From: Eledone cirrhosa
Taxonomy: Eukaryota
DNA: 64,000 nt
Assembly (NCBI GenBank): GCA_964016885.1
Contig: OZ024740.1
Span: 47,616,001-47,680,000, forward strand
Direction: 5' to 3'
Shown: piece after piece, positions 23,874 through 36,537 of the stretch
Position numbering within the stretch: the first letter of the stretch is position 1
Layout of the letters: the number at the start of each line of letters is the position of its first letter
The notes under the pieces: generated by a model
The model's database searches: none
Seen by the model: the letters and a program-made list of their open reading frames with translations, nothing else
Told to the model about the DNA's origin: nothing
Program-made: the position numbers and the translations under genes

Positions 23874-24071
23874 GAAGTATAAGGTTTTGCCGTAACATTT
23901 GACTAAATAACAGTTTTAAAAGCAGAGCGTATAAATTCACCGAACAGAAAAAGGTGGGTATCTGCAGGGGTGCGCTGATACCCAACTGTTTCTGTTCAGT
24001 GGGTTTATATGCTCCGCTATTAAAACTATGTTATTTAGTCAAGTGTTAGGACAAAGCCTTATATTTCTACT
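23874..24071. repeat. Imperfect ~95-bp-arm inverted repeat
   Basis: agtagaagtataagg...gggtatc / gataccc...ccttatatttctact. Confidence 0.85.
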
Positions 24072-24444
24072 TCAATTTTCAAACTTTACTCGCCGCTTTC
24101 TAAATATACTTTCTTCATATATATATAGATATAGTATTCAGCTGTTTACAGTTATCCTTCACGCTGAGGATACTATAATTTTCTGAAAAATCATATATAT
24201 ACACACATACGTTTCTACGTTTCTACGGCTATTTCAGTCCAGAAATAGCCGTCGAAACGGCTTGAGCTCTGCCGTCGGGATCATACTTTTTCCTATTTCC
24301 CACTCTGCTACCCTAAGTATTGAGTACTCTGGTGCGTTATGGTCCATCTGGTTCCTTACCACAATTCCTTCTGGATACTATGCATTGAGTGGTCGCTCTG
24401 GCAAACCTAAAGTAACTGGACGTTACATTCCATATATATATATA

Positions 24445-25724
24445 TGTACACGTACATACATATATGTATACAGACGTACAGTAGTAAGTATATATATATA
24501 TATATACATACATGCACACACATATATATGTACGTATGGATTCACCGAACATTTATTACAATGCTCGGTGTGTTTGTAAACAAACATCTCGAATTAAGCC
24601 GTACAGTGTCTAGCAACCATCGTTGCTCGTTTGTTCAACACTGACAAAGGAACGCTGTACTAGTTTCAAGCTTATTAGCTATCGTCAGCAACGTATACCT
24701 TCCTTATGCATATTAACGGCTGAGCAGCTTAATTTGCATATCGAGTGAGTTAATCGGCCGGGGTACCGAAAACGATAAATGGAAAAAATGAAACGAAATT
24801 TCATTTCTCACTCTTAGTACGGCTGTTACTTAAATATAAGTATGTATACGTACATACATATATGTATACAGACGTACAGTAGTAAGTATATATATATATA
24901 TACATACATGCACACATATATATATATGTACGTATGGATTCACCGAACATTTATTATAATGCTCGGTGTGTTTGTAAACAAACCTCGAATTAAGCCGTAC
25001 AGTGTCTAGCAACCATCGTTGCTCATTTGTTCAACACTGACAAAGGAACGCTGTACTAGTTTCAAACTTATTAGCTATCGTCAGCAACGTATACCTTCCT
25101 GCCAGATGATTGAACGTCTGAAAGTATATACTTTCCTTATGCATATTAACGGCTGAGCAGCTTAATTTGCATATCGAGTGAGTTAATCGGTAGGAGTACC
25201 GAAAATGATAAACGGAAAAAATGAAACAAAATTTCATTTCTCACTCTTAGTACGGCTGTTATACGTACATATATATGTGCATGTATGTATATATATATTA
25301 ACTCACTCCGGCCGATTAACTCACTCGATATGCAAATTAGGCTGCTCAGCCGTTAATATGCATAAGGAAAGTATATACTTTCAGACGTTCAATCATCTGG
25401 CAGGAAGGTATGTTGCTGACAATAGCTAATAAGCTTGAAACTAGTACAGCGTTCCTTTGTCAGTGTTGAACAAATGAGCAACGATAGTTGCTAGACACTG
25501 TACGGCTTAATTCGGGATGTTTGTTTACAAACACACCGATCATTATAATAAATGTTCGGTGAATCCATACGTACATATATATATATGTGTGCATGTATGT
25601 ATATATATATATATACATACTACTGTACGTCTGTATACATATATGTATGTACGTATACATACTTATATTTAAGTAACAGCCGTACTAAGAGTGAGAAATG
25701 AAATTTCGTTTCATTTTTTCCGTT
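24445..25724 (-). mobile_element. Tandem + inverted ~400-bp non-coding units with hammerheads (retrozyme/PLE pLTR-like)
   Basis: Two head-to-tail units 24445-25262 and an inverted copy 25297-25724, TA-repeat flanks. Confidence 0.75.
24653..24693 (-). ncRNA. Type I hammerhead ribozyme (copy 2 at 25049-25089 minus; G8A copy at 25411-25451 plus)
   Basis: CGUUG CUGACGA UAGCU-AAUA-AGCUU GAA ACUAGU A^CAGCG; distal AAGG/CCUU extension of stem I. Confidence 0.85.
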
Positions 25725-25830
25725 TATATATATATATATATAGTAAAAAATTGAACGGGAACAAAACAGAGAGGCAGTACGAACAAAGGTTTATTAGTTT
25801 CACGCTCTTGAGAGTGGGGTGGTGGTGGGG

Positions 25831-25864
25831 AACGACGTTTCGGGCATAAGCCCTTCTTCAGGTG
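25831..25864 (-). ncRNA. Minimal PLE-type hammerhead ribozyme
   Basis: CAC CUGAAGA AGGGC-UUAU-GCCC GAA ACGU C^GU, within a pLTR-like fragment (~25741-26040) ending in (TA)n. Confidence 0.8.
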
Positions 25865-26469
25865 AAAAGTGTGTGGGAAGAGAGTTCCAAGGGTGTGTAG
25901 GGGAGTGGTGGAGAGACATATAGAAAAAAGGGGGTGAGAGGAAACGGTACAAATGAAATTAAATATAAAAGCATGATAAAAATAAAAATAAGAATACACA
26001 TGAAGTAAAACAGGTGGTGGAAGGGTGTGGGACGTGTAGGGGCGGTATGGATTATTTCTGAAGACGGCGGGTAGTGAAGACGTATGTATTTTTTCTTACT
26101 ATGATATTTTGTAATATTTTACATAGATCAATAATTGAATGGACATACAGAGAGCTACCCCCCAGAAACGATCGTAAAATAATCAGTTTTACTATGAATT
26201 AACCGTTTTGTGTTTAATTTAATAGTTTTAATATTTCTATGTTTTACTCTGTATCCAATGGATTATATCGTTGAAAATTTTGTATTTTAAACTTTGCTTC
26301 ACGACATCTACATACGGATTACATTGAGTTCTTCATACGGTTTAGACCCTACCATTGATTGGTAGATTTATCTGTATATATATATATATATATAGGTAGA
26401 ACACTGGAAGGTAATATCCGTTGTGGTAGAGCACTCAGTCCATGGGACGAGTTTGGTAGAAGTAGTAAC

Positions 26470-26590
26470 ACAACAGTTAGTTCACTATACCGAGAACAAT
26501 TGTTTCACCTTATGCGGATCTTCAGCTCCTTCAGCTGAAGATCCACGTAAGGTGAAACAATTGTTCCCGGTATAGTGAACTAACTGTTGT
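26470..26590. ncRNA. Short foldback with a hammerhead motif in each arm
   Basis: Arms 26470-26527 / 26533-26590; minus strand GAG CUGAAGA UCCGCAUAAGGU GAA ACAAUUGU U^CUC. Confidence 0.65.
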
Positions 26591-26595
26591 CTTAA

Positions 26596-26687
<92 letters not shown>

Positions 26688-26691
<4 letters not shown>

Positions 26692-26989
26692 AAATTTCGC
26701 TCTACATGGCTGAATACAATAAATGTAATCTGAGTTTTTCGAATATTAATAATAACATTCGATTCGTTTGCAATTATGCAAACAAGCCTCAATTTTATAG
26801 CCATGTCAGTAGAATGAACACTTCATTCTTGCTCTTGTGTTGGCATGCGAACAGAACTGCATGCCAACACAAGAGTAAGAATGAATTGTTTATTCTACTG
26901 ACATGGCTATAAAATTGACGCTTGTTTGCATAATTGCAAACGAATCGAATATTATTATTAATATTCGAAAAACTCAGATTACATTTATT
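26688..26989. mobile_element. Foldback insertion in (TA)n with ~130-bp arms and ~30-nt unpaired end
   Basis: Arms 26718-26849 / 26859-26989; no ribozyme recognised. Confidence 0.65.
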
Positions 26990-27238
26990 ATATATATATC
27001 AATTCTCCAAAAGTTCTACTCCACCGATCTCATTTCCGATTTTCTCTTCTCCTCTCCTCTCTCTCTATACCCCTCTCATTTCTTATCTCATGCTTTAAAC
27101 TCTCTTTCTTCCTTTCTCTCCCGCTCTCCGCTTAATATGTGATTATACCTTAACCCGACTTTTTACTACAGATATAGTATTCAGCTGTTTATAGTTATCC
27201 TTCACGCTGAGGATACTAAAATTTTAATTTTGTGAAAA

Positions 27239-27307
<69 letters not shown>

Positions 27308-27457
27308 ATACTTTGGGAGGGTCATGTTGCCAATAAGAAACACACGCACCAGTTGCTTTCACTTCAATTTATTATATATTTATAAATTTACAAATTTACA
27401 AATCTATAAATTTCTGGTTGGTTGGTTGGTTCCACAACCAGGTAGTTGTTTATATAT

Positions 27458-27502
27458 AGTCATAGTCCTTTCGTCACACATTATGTGACCTCTTCACTGA
27501 CT
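27458..27502 (-). ncRNA. Hammerhead-like motif, non-canonical GUGAAGA core (copy 28337-28381 plus)
   Basis: AGUCA GUGAAGA GGUCACA-UAAUG-UGUGAC GAA AGGACU A^UGACU. Confidence 0.55.
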
Positions 27503-27712
27503 GGGGATTCCTTTCTTTGTTTCTGTGCCTTTCCTTTCTTCTGTCCTACGCCATTTTGTTTCTGTGTGTGTGTTGTGTGCTCAGTTTGCGCATGCGCCAC
27601 ATCCGGGTGTCTGTGTGTGTTTATGTTCATTTATCTATTTGTTTATTTATTTATTTATTTACATGTTATTGGTTGGTTGTTTGTTCTATGTGTGTGTGTT
27701 TTCATTTTGTCC

Positions 27713-28063
27713 TTAATTGTAAGTTGTGATGTTGCTGTTCCACTCATATTTTCTATTTAATTTTGGTTGTAATTCTTTTATGTTTATTGCCTCTGTAATT
27801 TGTCTAAACATTGCATCTTTTCTGTGTGTAGATTCTATTTTTATTTCTATGTTCTCTAATTTACCCTTGTGTTCTATCTTAGCATGTTGGTAGAGTACAG
27901 ATGATTCTTTATTATCTTGAAGGTCTCGCCAGTGTTCATTTATCCGTTCCCCTATACTACGAGCTGTCTCACCTATGTACACTATATTTTTGTTTCTACA
28001 TTGTCCTTCAGTACATCTTATGCTATACACTACATTTCTAGTTTTACAGTTAATATGGGGGCT
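27713..28063 (-). pseudogene. GIY-YIG endonuclease C-terminal fragment
   Basis: NCKTRNVVYSIRC...VYIGETARSIGERINEH...H...H...RQITEAINI...LNRKYEW. Confidence 0.88.
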
Positions 28064-28591
28064 TATATAACCAAAATTAAATAGAAAATATGAGTGGAAC
28101 AGCAACATCACAACTTACAATTAAGGACAAAATGAAAACACACACACACATAGAACAAACAACCAACCAATAACATGTAAATAAATAAATAAATAAACAA
28201 ATAGATAAATGAACATAAACACACACAGACACCCGGATGTGGCGCATACGCAAACTGAGCACACAACACACACACAGAAACAAAATGGCGTAGGACAGAA
28301 GAAAGGAAAGGCACAGAAACAAAGAAAGGAATCCCCAGTCAGTGAAGAGGTCACAGAATGTGTGATGAAAGGACTATGACTATATATAAACAACTACCTG
28401 GTTGTGGAACCAACCAACCAACCAGAAATTTATAGATTTGTAAATTTGTAAATTTATAAATATATAATAAATTGAAGTGAAAGCAACTGGTGCGTGTGTT
28501 TCTTATTGGCAACATGACCCTCCCAAAGTATAACAATATCGGTTTCAACACATGATTTCAGATAAAGAATCTTGCTAAACAAATTCAGAAA

Positions 28592-28656
<65 letters not shown>

Positions 28657-29057
28657 CTGGATACTACGCATCGAGTGCTCACTCTGGTGAACCTACAGTA
28701 ACTGGACGTTACATTCCATATATATATATTACATCATCATGATTCCTACTGGGGGAAGACAAACAGGACTACACTTTGTTCAATATTTCTGTAGAAGCTG
28801 TGGTGATGCTGAGGCGAATTATCTTGTAGGGTTGTTTATACTTAGCATACTTAGAAAGAACATGTTCCCCCATAGCTTAGGATTGTAAGATGACAACTTA
28901 GAACTGTCAGGCAATATCAAGGAGCATACGATAGATAAATCCGGAAAAGATTTAACTGGAATGTTTAACGAGTTTTGCCTAGACATAACCATTACCACCA
29001 TTACAACAAACCGTCTTCTCGTTGTCGTACTTATTGTAGAGTAGTGTAGATGACAAG

Positions 29058-29632
29058 GGCATACGTCAAGACGGGCGGTCTCAAAATTGAAAGTAAATTT
29101 ATTTTCATTTTCGAACGTCGTGTTTACATTTTGTGTGTGTGTGTTTAGATCTAAATTAGTGTCGTTTTAACTGATTATATATATATGTATACGTATGTGT
29201 GTGTAATGACGGTTGAGAGAAGAGTACTCAATACCGAAGTAATCTTGTAATGAGGCTTGCAGAATGGTGAGTCCGCCATTCTAGACGCTGCTGCCTTGCA
29301 GAAGTCCCAAATCGAAGCTCTGACACTCTCGTCCCCATCATTCAGCATGGATTTTGCCAGGCAGCCGCATCATCTCCGATGGTTGGGCTTCCTATTCGGA
29401 AATTGAGGGTGGTATTTACGTTCATGATGTTGTGGTGCACAAACGGAACTTTGTAGATCCTGCGGACCTTGATGTGCACACACAGCTCATAAAGAACACA
29501 TGGAGCCGTGCAAAGAAGAAGCTTCGTCGCCAGCATGTTTCGTTTGAACACACACACAAAATTTAAACACGACGTTCGAAAATGAAAATAAATTTACTTT
29601 CACTTTTGAGACCGCCCGTCTTGACGTATGCC
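29058..29632 (+). mobile_element. Internally deleted Merlin (IS1016/IS1595-like) DNA transposon
   Basis: ~85-bp TIRs starting GGCATACGTCAAG; 9-bp TSD gatgacaag (29049-57 / 29633-41); remnant LPGSRIISDGWASY...VVHKRNFVDP..VHTQ. Confidence 0.92.
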
Positions 29633-32600
29633 GATGACAAGGGCCTTGTTTCAGGGGGGTACCAGGGGACAACCCCCCCACACACACACACACACACACA
29701 TAGACACACACACACACTTTTTCAAACGTCTGTATTATTTTTGGTTTATTTGATATAATAAATACTTTTTAAGCTTATTTTTTTATATCTGAACTTCATT
29801 TGAATATATAAAATTTAATTACCGTAAAATTTTACTTATGTGATAGGGTCCGGGTAAGGCACCATAAGCAATTTATGCTCCTTTAAGAATCAACAAATGT
29901 TGGTTTGTCCCCCTCACATTTTAAAGGTAAACGAGGCCCCTGAATGATGATGATGTTATTTAATAGTTCCAGTCATGTGTTTCAATTAACTTTTGGTGCC
30001 AATCTAGCCAATCAAAATCCTTTATTTACACACCAGGATATTTAGAATTTCAGCGTTTAATTAGCGACTGAATGTTTAAGATTTCAAGAGCCCATCACCC
30101 TCTCCCCTTCCCTTTCTTCTCTGGCCCAAGAGTCCTTGCTTTGTTCCTCTCATTTGTGACATTTATAGTCCTTTCCTCTACTTTCACATACAATCAGATC
30201 TGCCCTTCTTTACCCCTTTCCCTTTTTCTCATTAATTTTGTTTTTATTTTATTTTTCATATTTATGTAATTATTAATGGTTTTTAAGCCAACTTTGTGAG
30301 TGAAACGTGTTGAGAATAAACATTTATTTTACTAAAAATATTTTTTTAAATAACATATAGTTCTGATTTAAAAAAGAACGGTAAGAGAACTTGTGGAGAT
30401 AGATTTGACTTCTACATTAAATGGGTCAAACATCTTCGAAGCAGCTGTCTTCTATATTTCACTATCTTGTTTATATTTATCACTGTGAATTGAGAGTGTG
30501 TTTACTCGTTTTTATTTGTTTGTTTCTTTTGAAAATCATATTTATTATTTAAATTGTATTTATGTGTACAAATGTTCATCAAGTGGAATAGATTATTTGT
30601 GAAATTTTATTTAATGTTGGAGAACAGGATGAATGTAAAAATAAAAATAAAAAACAATCAGAATTATCTCCCTTGCACTTGTATGCGGATAGAGAAACAC
30701 AGAAACCATGTTTTATATTGTTATTGTTTGATATGTTGGTTTTATTTTAACTAGAACTCGATACTTGACGATTGAAAATAAAAGATTTTAAAAGGTTCAC
30801 AATGTCATCTCTCGATGTTGACTGATATGACAAATTATTGTTAAAGCTGTTGTTATAATTTTTCGCGTTCTTACGATTTCGTCTAAGGCGAATCGTGTAT
30901 AAGAAATAATATAAACATTTGCAGTATTTAGTTAGTATTTAGTTACGGCTCTTTGCGTTCTGAGTTCAAATCACCTGTGGTTAACTTTACCTTTCATCTT
31001 TCTGGGATCGATAAAATAAAGTACCACTTAAGTGCTGGGGTTGATTTAATCGACTTTCCCTTCTTCTCAAACTGCTGGCCTTGTGCCTAAATTAAAAACC
31101 ATTTTTATTGATACCTATTTTACTGACCCTCCCCCAAAAAAGAAGTTAAACTGTGTGATTGCCGTAATTTCTTATATCGCCACAATACCACAATGTGTAG
31201 GGAAGGGGTATCAATAATTGCAGCGGTGCCAGCCCCAGAAGTAGTAAAACAAGTCCCAGCGTGGTTTGAACTAAGGGGTGAGGAAGTAACATAACTGAAG
31301 GCGGAGTTTCTGACGAGGAACACTTTTTTTTTTAAGGGGGAGTTAATTCATCATTGCTAACAGTAAATAAACAAACAAAATTAACAGATTCCAAAATATG
31401 AAGGCCAAAGAACTTCATAGTAAAATATTAAATAAACTCATTACTTGATTATGAAAATTATTCAACTAAAAATGCAAATAGTTTATGGAAAATAGTTTCC
31501 ACCAAAGAAACTTGTATTCAGATCATGGTCACCTGTTAAATATTGTCATTAGTTTTTATAAACTACAGTTAAAAAAAAAAAATTTTTAAAAAGTAACGTA
31601 ATTTTACTACTTTCTATTACAAAATCAAGTTTTCATTATTTACATCATCAGTTGAATAGAGCTCGTATCGGTTCCAACGAATGAGTATTCCAGTTGTTCG
31701 GCCAATGAAACTATCTACTCATAGTGTTGGCTGAATATTTCACAGGCGCTTGTATCTTTAAGGTAGTCATCGGGCAGATTTGGCGTGATATAGGGGGGCA
31801 ATCGGGTCTTCGAATTACAGTAAGTCTAGCTGATGAGCTTCCAGTTTCCTTCTATAGAATCGTGTAACAATTTATTTATAAAGCTTGTATTGATCGACGC
31901 AGTAGTTAATGGGAAATGGAATGTGCCTCTATTTACTGACAAAATCCAAGACGCGAGAATCGAACGTCCTCTACAGCATTTAATCTAAACCTCCATTAAT
32001 TATGTGAGTCTACTGTCCTATCCAGTTCCTCCGAAGGAATAATAATATTAATAATATACATAATAATTCTCGAATGATAACTCCAATCGAAATACTGCTG
32101 CTCTTATCAAGCACAACTTCCGCTACGTCATATCCGCTGCTGACTTTTACGATTAAGACGCAAGCAAGAAAATTACTTGTAAACGACGAAATTACTTGGG
32201 CACCGCCCCCTATTTATTGGACAGATTTGATAACGTATCGATGACAAAGGTTAATTGGAAGAATCCAGTAGGTTGCATTGCAGAGGTGGTCGAAGGATGA
32301 GTGTGTTGTTGCCGACAAGGACCCTATCCTTGTCACAACGTGTGCAACATCGACGTTGTCCTTCTTCTGACAGTTCTTTAACTAGCCTCTGCTGCCTTAG
32401 ATACAATCCAAATCCCTTTGCTAATCACTGTTGTTATTATCACCACTGCAACCAGTATCAACACCATCGCCAATCAGACTACTACACGCACCACCACCAC
32501 CACCATCATGTTCCAGGTAGAAGCAGCATGCCACCAGAACTACAGCAGATTACATTTCCCGGCAGTGATACACTCCTTTGCTTCTCTCAAAACAACATAC

Positions 32601-32706
32601 AGTCGTTCAGTGGTGGTGTGGCGAGTAGCTGCCGGTCTGGATTCAATTATTCTATTTCACAGTTATGAACCAACGTGTTAGTAAAGTAAAAAATTTCAAA
32701 AAGAAA

Positions 32707-33159
32707 ATGAAAATCAACGAGAAGAGTTTAATACACTTCGCTAACTCGAAGAGGTCGTCGGATAAAGAGGGATACCTTCAGAAAAAAGGGGAATTAAACA
32801 AATCATTTCAGCGCCGATGGTTCATACTTAAAGGCAATCTTTTGTTCTACTACGAAAAGAAACATGATAAAGAACCAATGGGGGTAGTCGTACTCGAAGG
32901 ATGTACTATTGAACTTGCTGCAGCTCACCACATCAACAGCTGCGGTAGTTGTAATAATGGATCTTCCACAGGTAATAGTGGGGCTACATCTGGAGAATCT
33001 TTCACATTCGAAATAGTCTTTCCACGATCGGGTGCCCGGACATACGTCCTGAGTTCCAACTCCCAGGAGGAAATGGAGAGTTGGATGAAGGCTCTTACTT
33101 GTGCTAGCTACGACTACCTCAAAATGATGGTTACTGAGTTACAAAGACAACTAGAGGAG
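32707..33159 (+). CDS. PHETA1: Sesquipedalian / PHETA (FAM109, IPIP27)-like PH-domain protein, first coding exon
   Basis: MKINEKSL...KEGYLQKKG...RRWFILKGNLLFYYE...EPMGVVVLEGCTIEL...RTYVL...MESWMKALTCASYDYLKMMVTELQRQLEE; donor GAG|gtaagc at 33160; acceptor-like tttcacag at 32662; in-frame upstream ATG at 32665. Later exons not identified; symbol is the closest vertebrate family member. Confidence 0.9.
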
Positions 33160-33380
33160 GTAAGCAAACGTCTCTTTGATTTGTACATTTTCCAACACCT
33201 TTATTTCATACTCAGTAATAACAATATCTGCAACAATATAATTGATTCATTTGATTTCCATGAATTTAATATTTTAAAAATTCCTTCGAACTGAAATCTA
33301 TATTAAAATCAAGAATGTTCTGCGTGAAATAATATTTTGGGCGATATACAACTGAATATTTCCGTTCTTCATCATCCTGT

Positions 33381-33416
<36 letters not shown>

Positions 33417-34926
33417 TCCTTTGAAAGCAAGTCAGAAGCTAGAGATTTTCGACGGATCACTCATCATCGAAGATTTGACTAGCTTCATCTTAGAAATCAG
33501 CCAAATTTATTATAAAATGCTGAGGAGAGAAACAGACAACTACAAAGCCTGTTCAGTTCCATCGGTTAATTAATGTTCAGCTTTTGTAATTGTTCCATCT
33601 CATTCTTCTTGGGATTTTCACCGATATTCAATATTTAAAACTATGCCTATTGATGAGAAAGCTTTATTTTGTATGTTTTTATTTGCCATTTGCTTTAATG
33701 TTTACTTTCAAATAATCAATAAGATTATTTAAATTGTTGCTTTTACTAATATTACTCGACCACTTACTCCCTCCCTTTCAAAACTAATCTTACACCTGAT
33801 CAAATTAAATTATTGCGAATTCGGTAGAGCATCGGACTTATACATTTAGCTATATTTAGCTACGTACCTAAAGGTTTTCAGTTCAAATCTCACTGGATTC
33901 GACTTGGCCTGTCATCCTTCTGAGGTCGATAAAATAAAGTTTCAATCAAGTACTAGGGTAAAAAAAACTTGAAGCATTGTGCCTCTGTGTAACAAAAATT
34001 ATCCCGCCGAGGTCAATTTTGCCTTCCATCCTTCCGGGTTAGATAAAGTACTGGAGTCGATATAATCTACCATTCTCCCCCCTCCTAAAAAATTCTAGTC
34101 TTGTGCTTATATAAGAAAGAATTATTGTTATCATTGTTGTGATGTCAACATTAGTCATGATGGTTGTGGTGTGAGGGAAAATGAAGTGTTCGAGGAGAGA
34201 TATTTTAGAAATTAATCATATATCTGGCTGAACAATAAGTTCAGCAAGGCACATATCTGATTTACCGGATTCTAATGTTTCTGAATGAGTAATTCCGTGC
34301 TTGATTTATTTTAAGGACTGTTTGTTAAATGGAATTATACCATCTACAATTGTGATGAGAAAAATAACAGTCTAAAAAAAAAAAAAAAATATTTGAAAGA
34401 TAGCGTGAGATTTCAATGTGTAGCAATTGCATTTTATTAATAAAAAGATAAATTGGTTGCTGGGATGCGGTTGAGATTACTGGTTGCTTTTAAACATTCT
34501 TCTAAATTTAGGATTTTATTGCGCCTTTTTTTAAAGATGCAATTTCTTAAAAATGCAATTTCTTAACTTGTAACTTGAGGAATCCCCAGGTATCAGTCAC
34601 ACTTTAAAGAACCCAAAGACGTTGTCGTCTAATTAGAAACATGTCTTTGATATTTCCCTGCACTCCATTATCAAAGACTAAAGTAATCATCTAGAATCGA
34701 ATTTTTCAGTCCTTCTACGAGTATCGTTTAAACGTCCTTTTTTTGTTTACACCTGTGTTGTTATTATATTAAAGAGTTGAGCATGTTGTCTATCTACAAA
34801 TCCATCTGTAAAAAAAAAAATAATATAATGCAGTGGAACATATACCTATGTTTTACGACCAATCCTCGCCACTCAAATGTGAACACATTAAATTAATCAA
34901 AAATATTTTTAGAGAGAGAATTTATT

Positions 34927-34958
<32 letters not shown>

Positions 34959-35101
34959 AAATTTAAGACACCTTAACAAGGAACCCTGGGGTTTCTCAGA
35001 ACCCACTTAGGCACATGTAAAGTGAAACCTTTTGTACCTTAAGACTAAAGTTTCTGGTTAAAGTGAAAAGTAAAAGCATCATTTAAACAATATAATGTAT
35101 A

Positions 35102-35133
<32 letters not shown>

Positions 35134-35999
35134 GTTTCTACTTATGGCACAAGGCCACCAAATATTCAGTACATTACTGGTACTTTATTTTATCGACCCC
35201 GTAAGGATGAAAGGCAAAGTTAACGTCGGCGGGATTTGAATTCAGAATGGCAAGGGCCATAACTCTATGCGTCAAAGCATGTCCAACCCTCTACCGATAC
35301 TGCCAATCCGCCAATATATATATAATTGTTTCTACTTTTGGGCACAAGGCCAGAAATTACACAGTGCATTACTGGTACTTTATTTTATCGATCCCGTAAG
35401 GATGAAAGGCAAAGTTAACCTCAATGTGAGAAAGAGTAGTTCCACAACAGTTAGAACACAATTTCGAAGAATAATTTGTTCACTTCAAACAAGAGTATTG
35501 AAACTGGCAATTACATACTATCATTTTAACTCTACTTTCCTTTGAGAATTGTTTGTATAATTCTAACTTTGATATATATATATACACACACACACTAGAG
35601 TGTTATCTATCATATAATGGTTATATACTTTTGCCACTGAAATAATTTTAACTGTTTTTCAAATTTTAAGATACTCAAACAGAAAATTACTGCACATAAT
35701 CACGTGTATGTCACACATTTTCCCACGAAAATATATAGAAAACCAGCATGCCACCTAGGTTCTGGACCTGCAAAACCTAAACACAAAAGGTGCTTTACTT
35801 TATTTCACATAACAATAAACGCAATTTATAAAAAAAAAAAAATAAAAAAAAGTGGAAAAGGACATACACACTCAATCACACACCACAACAACAACGGGCA
35901 CAGGAGTTTCCCTCTAATGATTTAAACAAACCAAGCTCCTGATATGTTGATAATGTGAACTGCCAACCAGAAAAATAGGTCTGTGACCTACTCAGCTTG

Positions 36000-36330
36000 G
36001 GTGAGTTCTGCATCTCTATTGTGCTCAAAGTAACAGCTGATGTCTGCGAATTTAAATGTCATTGTGGCAGGATCCTTGACTCCATGGGTCTTCGTGGATT
36101 GCTTTGCTCACCATATCAGGCTGAACCTAATTATCAAGTAGACCTTGGCTAAAGTCAATATCCCTTCAATTTTGGAGTCAACAGCTTGTCTAGTGTTGAT
36201 GGAAAGAGACCAAATGGTCTTACCCTTTGTCCCTGGATAAGAGATAGATGTCTCATTTTGGATGCCACAGCAACTCTTTTGCTCTTTCTGACATCCTGGA
36301 TGTTGCAATGAAATTGGGGGTCCTGCATCC
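36000..36330 (+). mobile_element. Old CRE-like endonuclease fragment
   Basis: CHCGRILDSMG and DGKRPNGLTLCPW...LILDAT remnants. Confidence 0.7.
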
Positions 36331-36495
36331 ATACCAAAACAGAAAAAAATTCTAAAATTCAAAATATATGGTACATTATAAATGTATGTAAAATGTTGAT
36401 GTAACTTCTATGCGAGTATATACTGTAAACCAAACAAATTTTTCATTTGTATATTTGCTATAAGAAAAAATGAGAATTAAAATTTTAAAAAAATG

Positions 36496-36534
<39 letters not shown>

Positions 36535-36537
<3 letters not shown>

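Larger units (their letters stand above)
27301..28594. mobile_element. Truncated Penelope-like element (second family) with ~470-bp inverted pLTRs
   Basis: Arms 27301-27768 / 28069-28538, ~56-nt tail, (TA)n flanks, GIY-YIG coding in the middle. Confidence 0.88.

Noticed and set aside
33160-33294. C-terminal extension of the PH ORF
   Set aside because: Follows a canonical GAG|gtaagc donor and similarity ends there; intron read-through.
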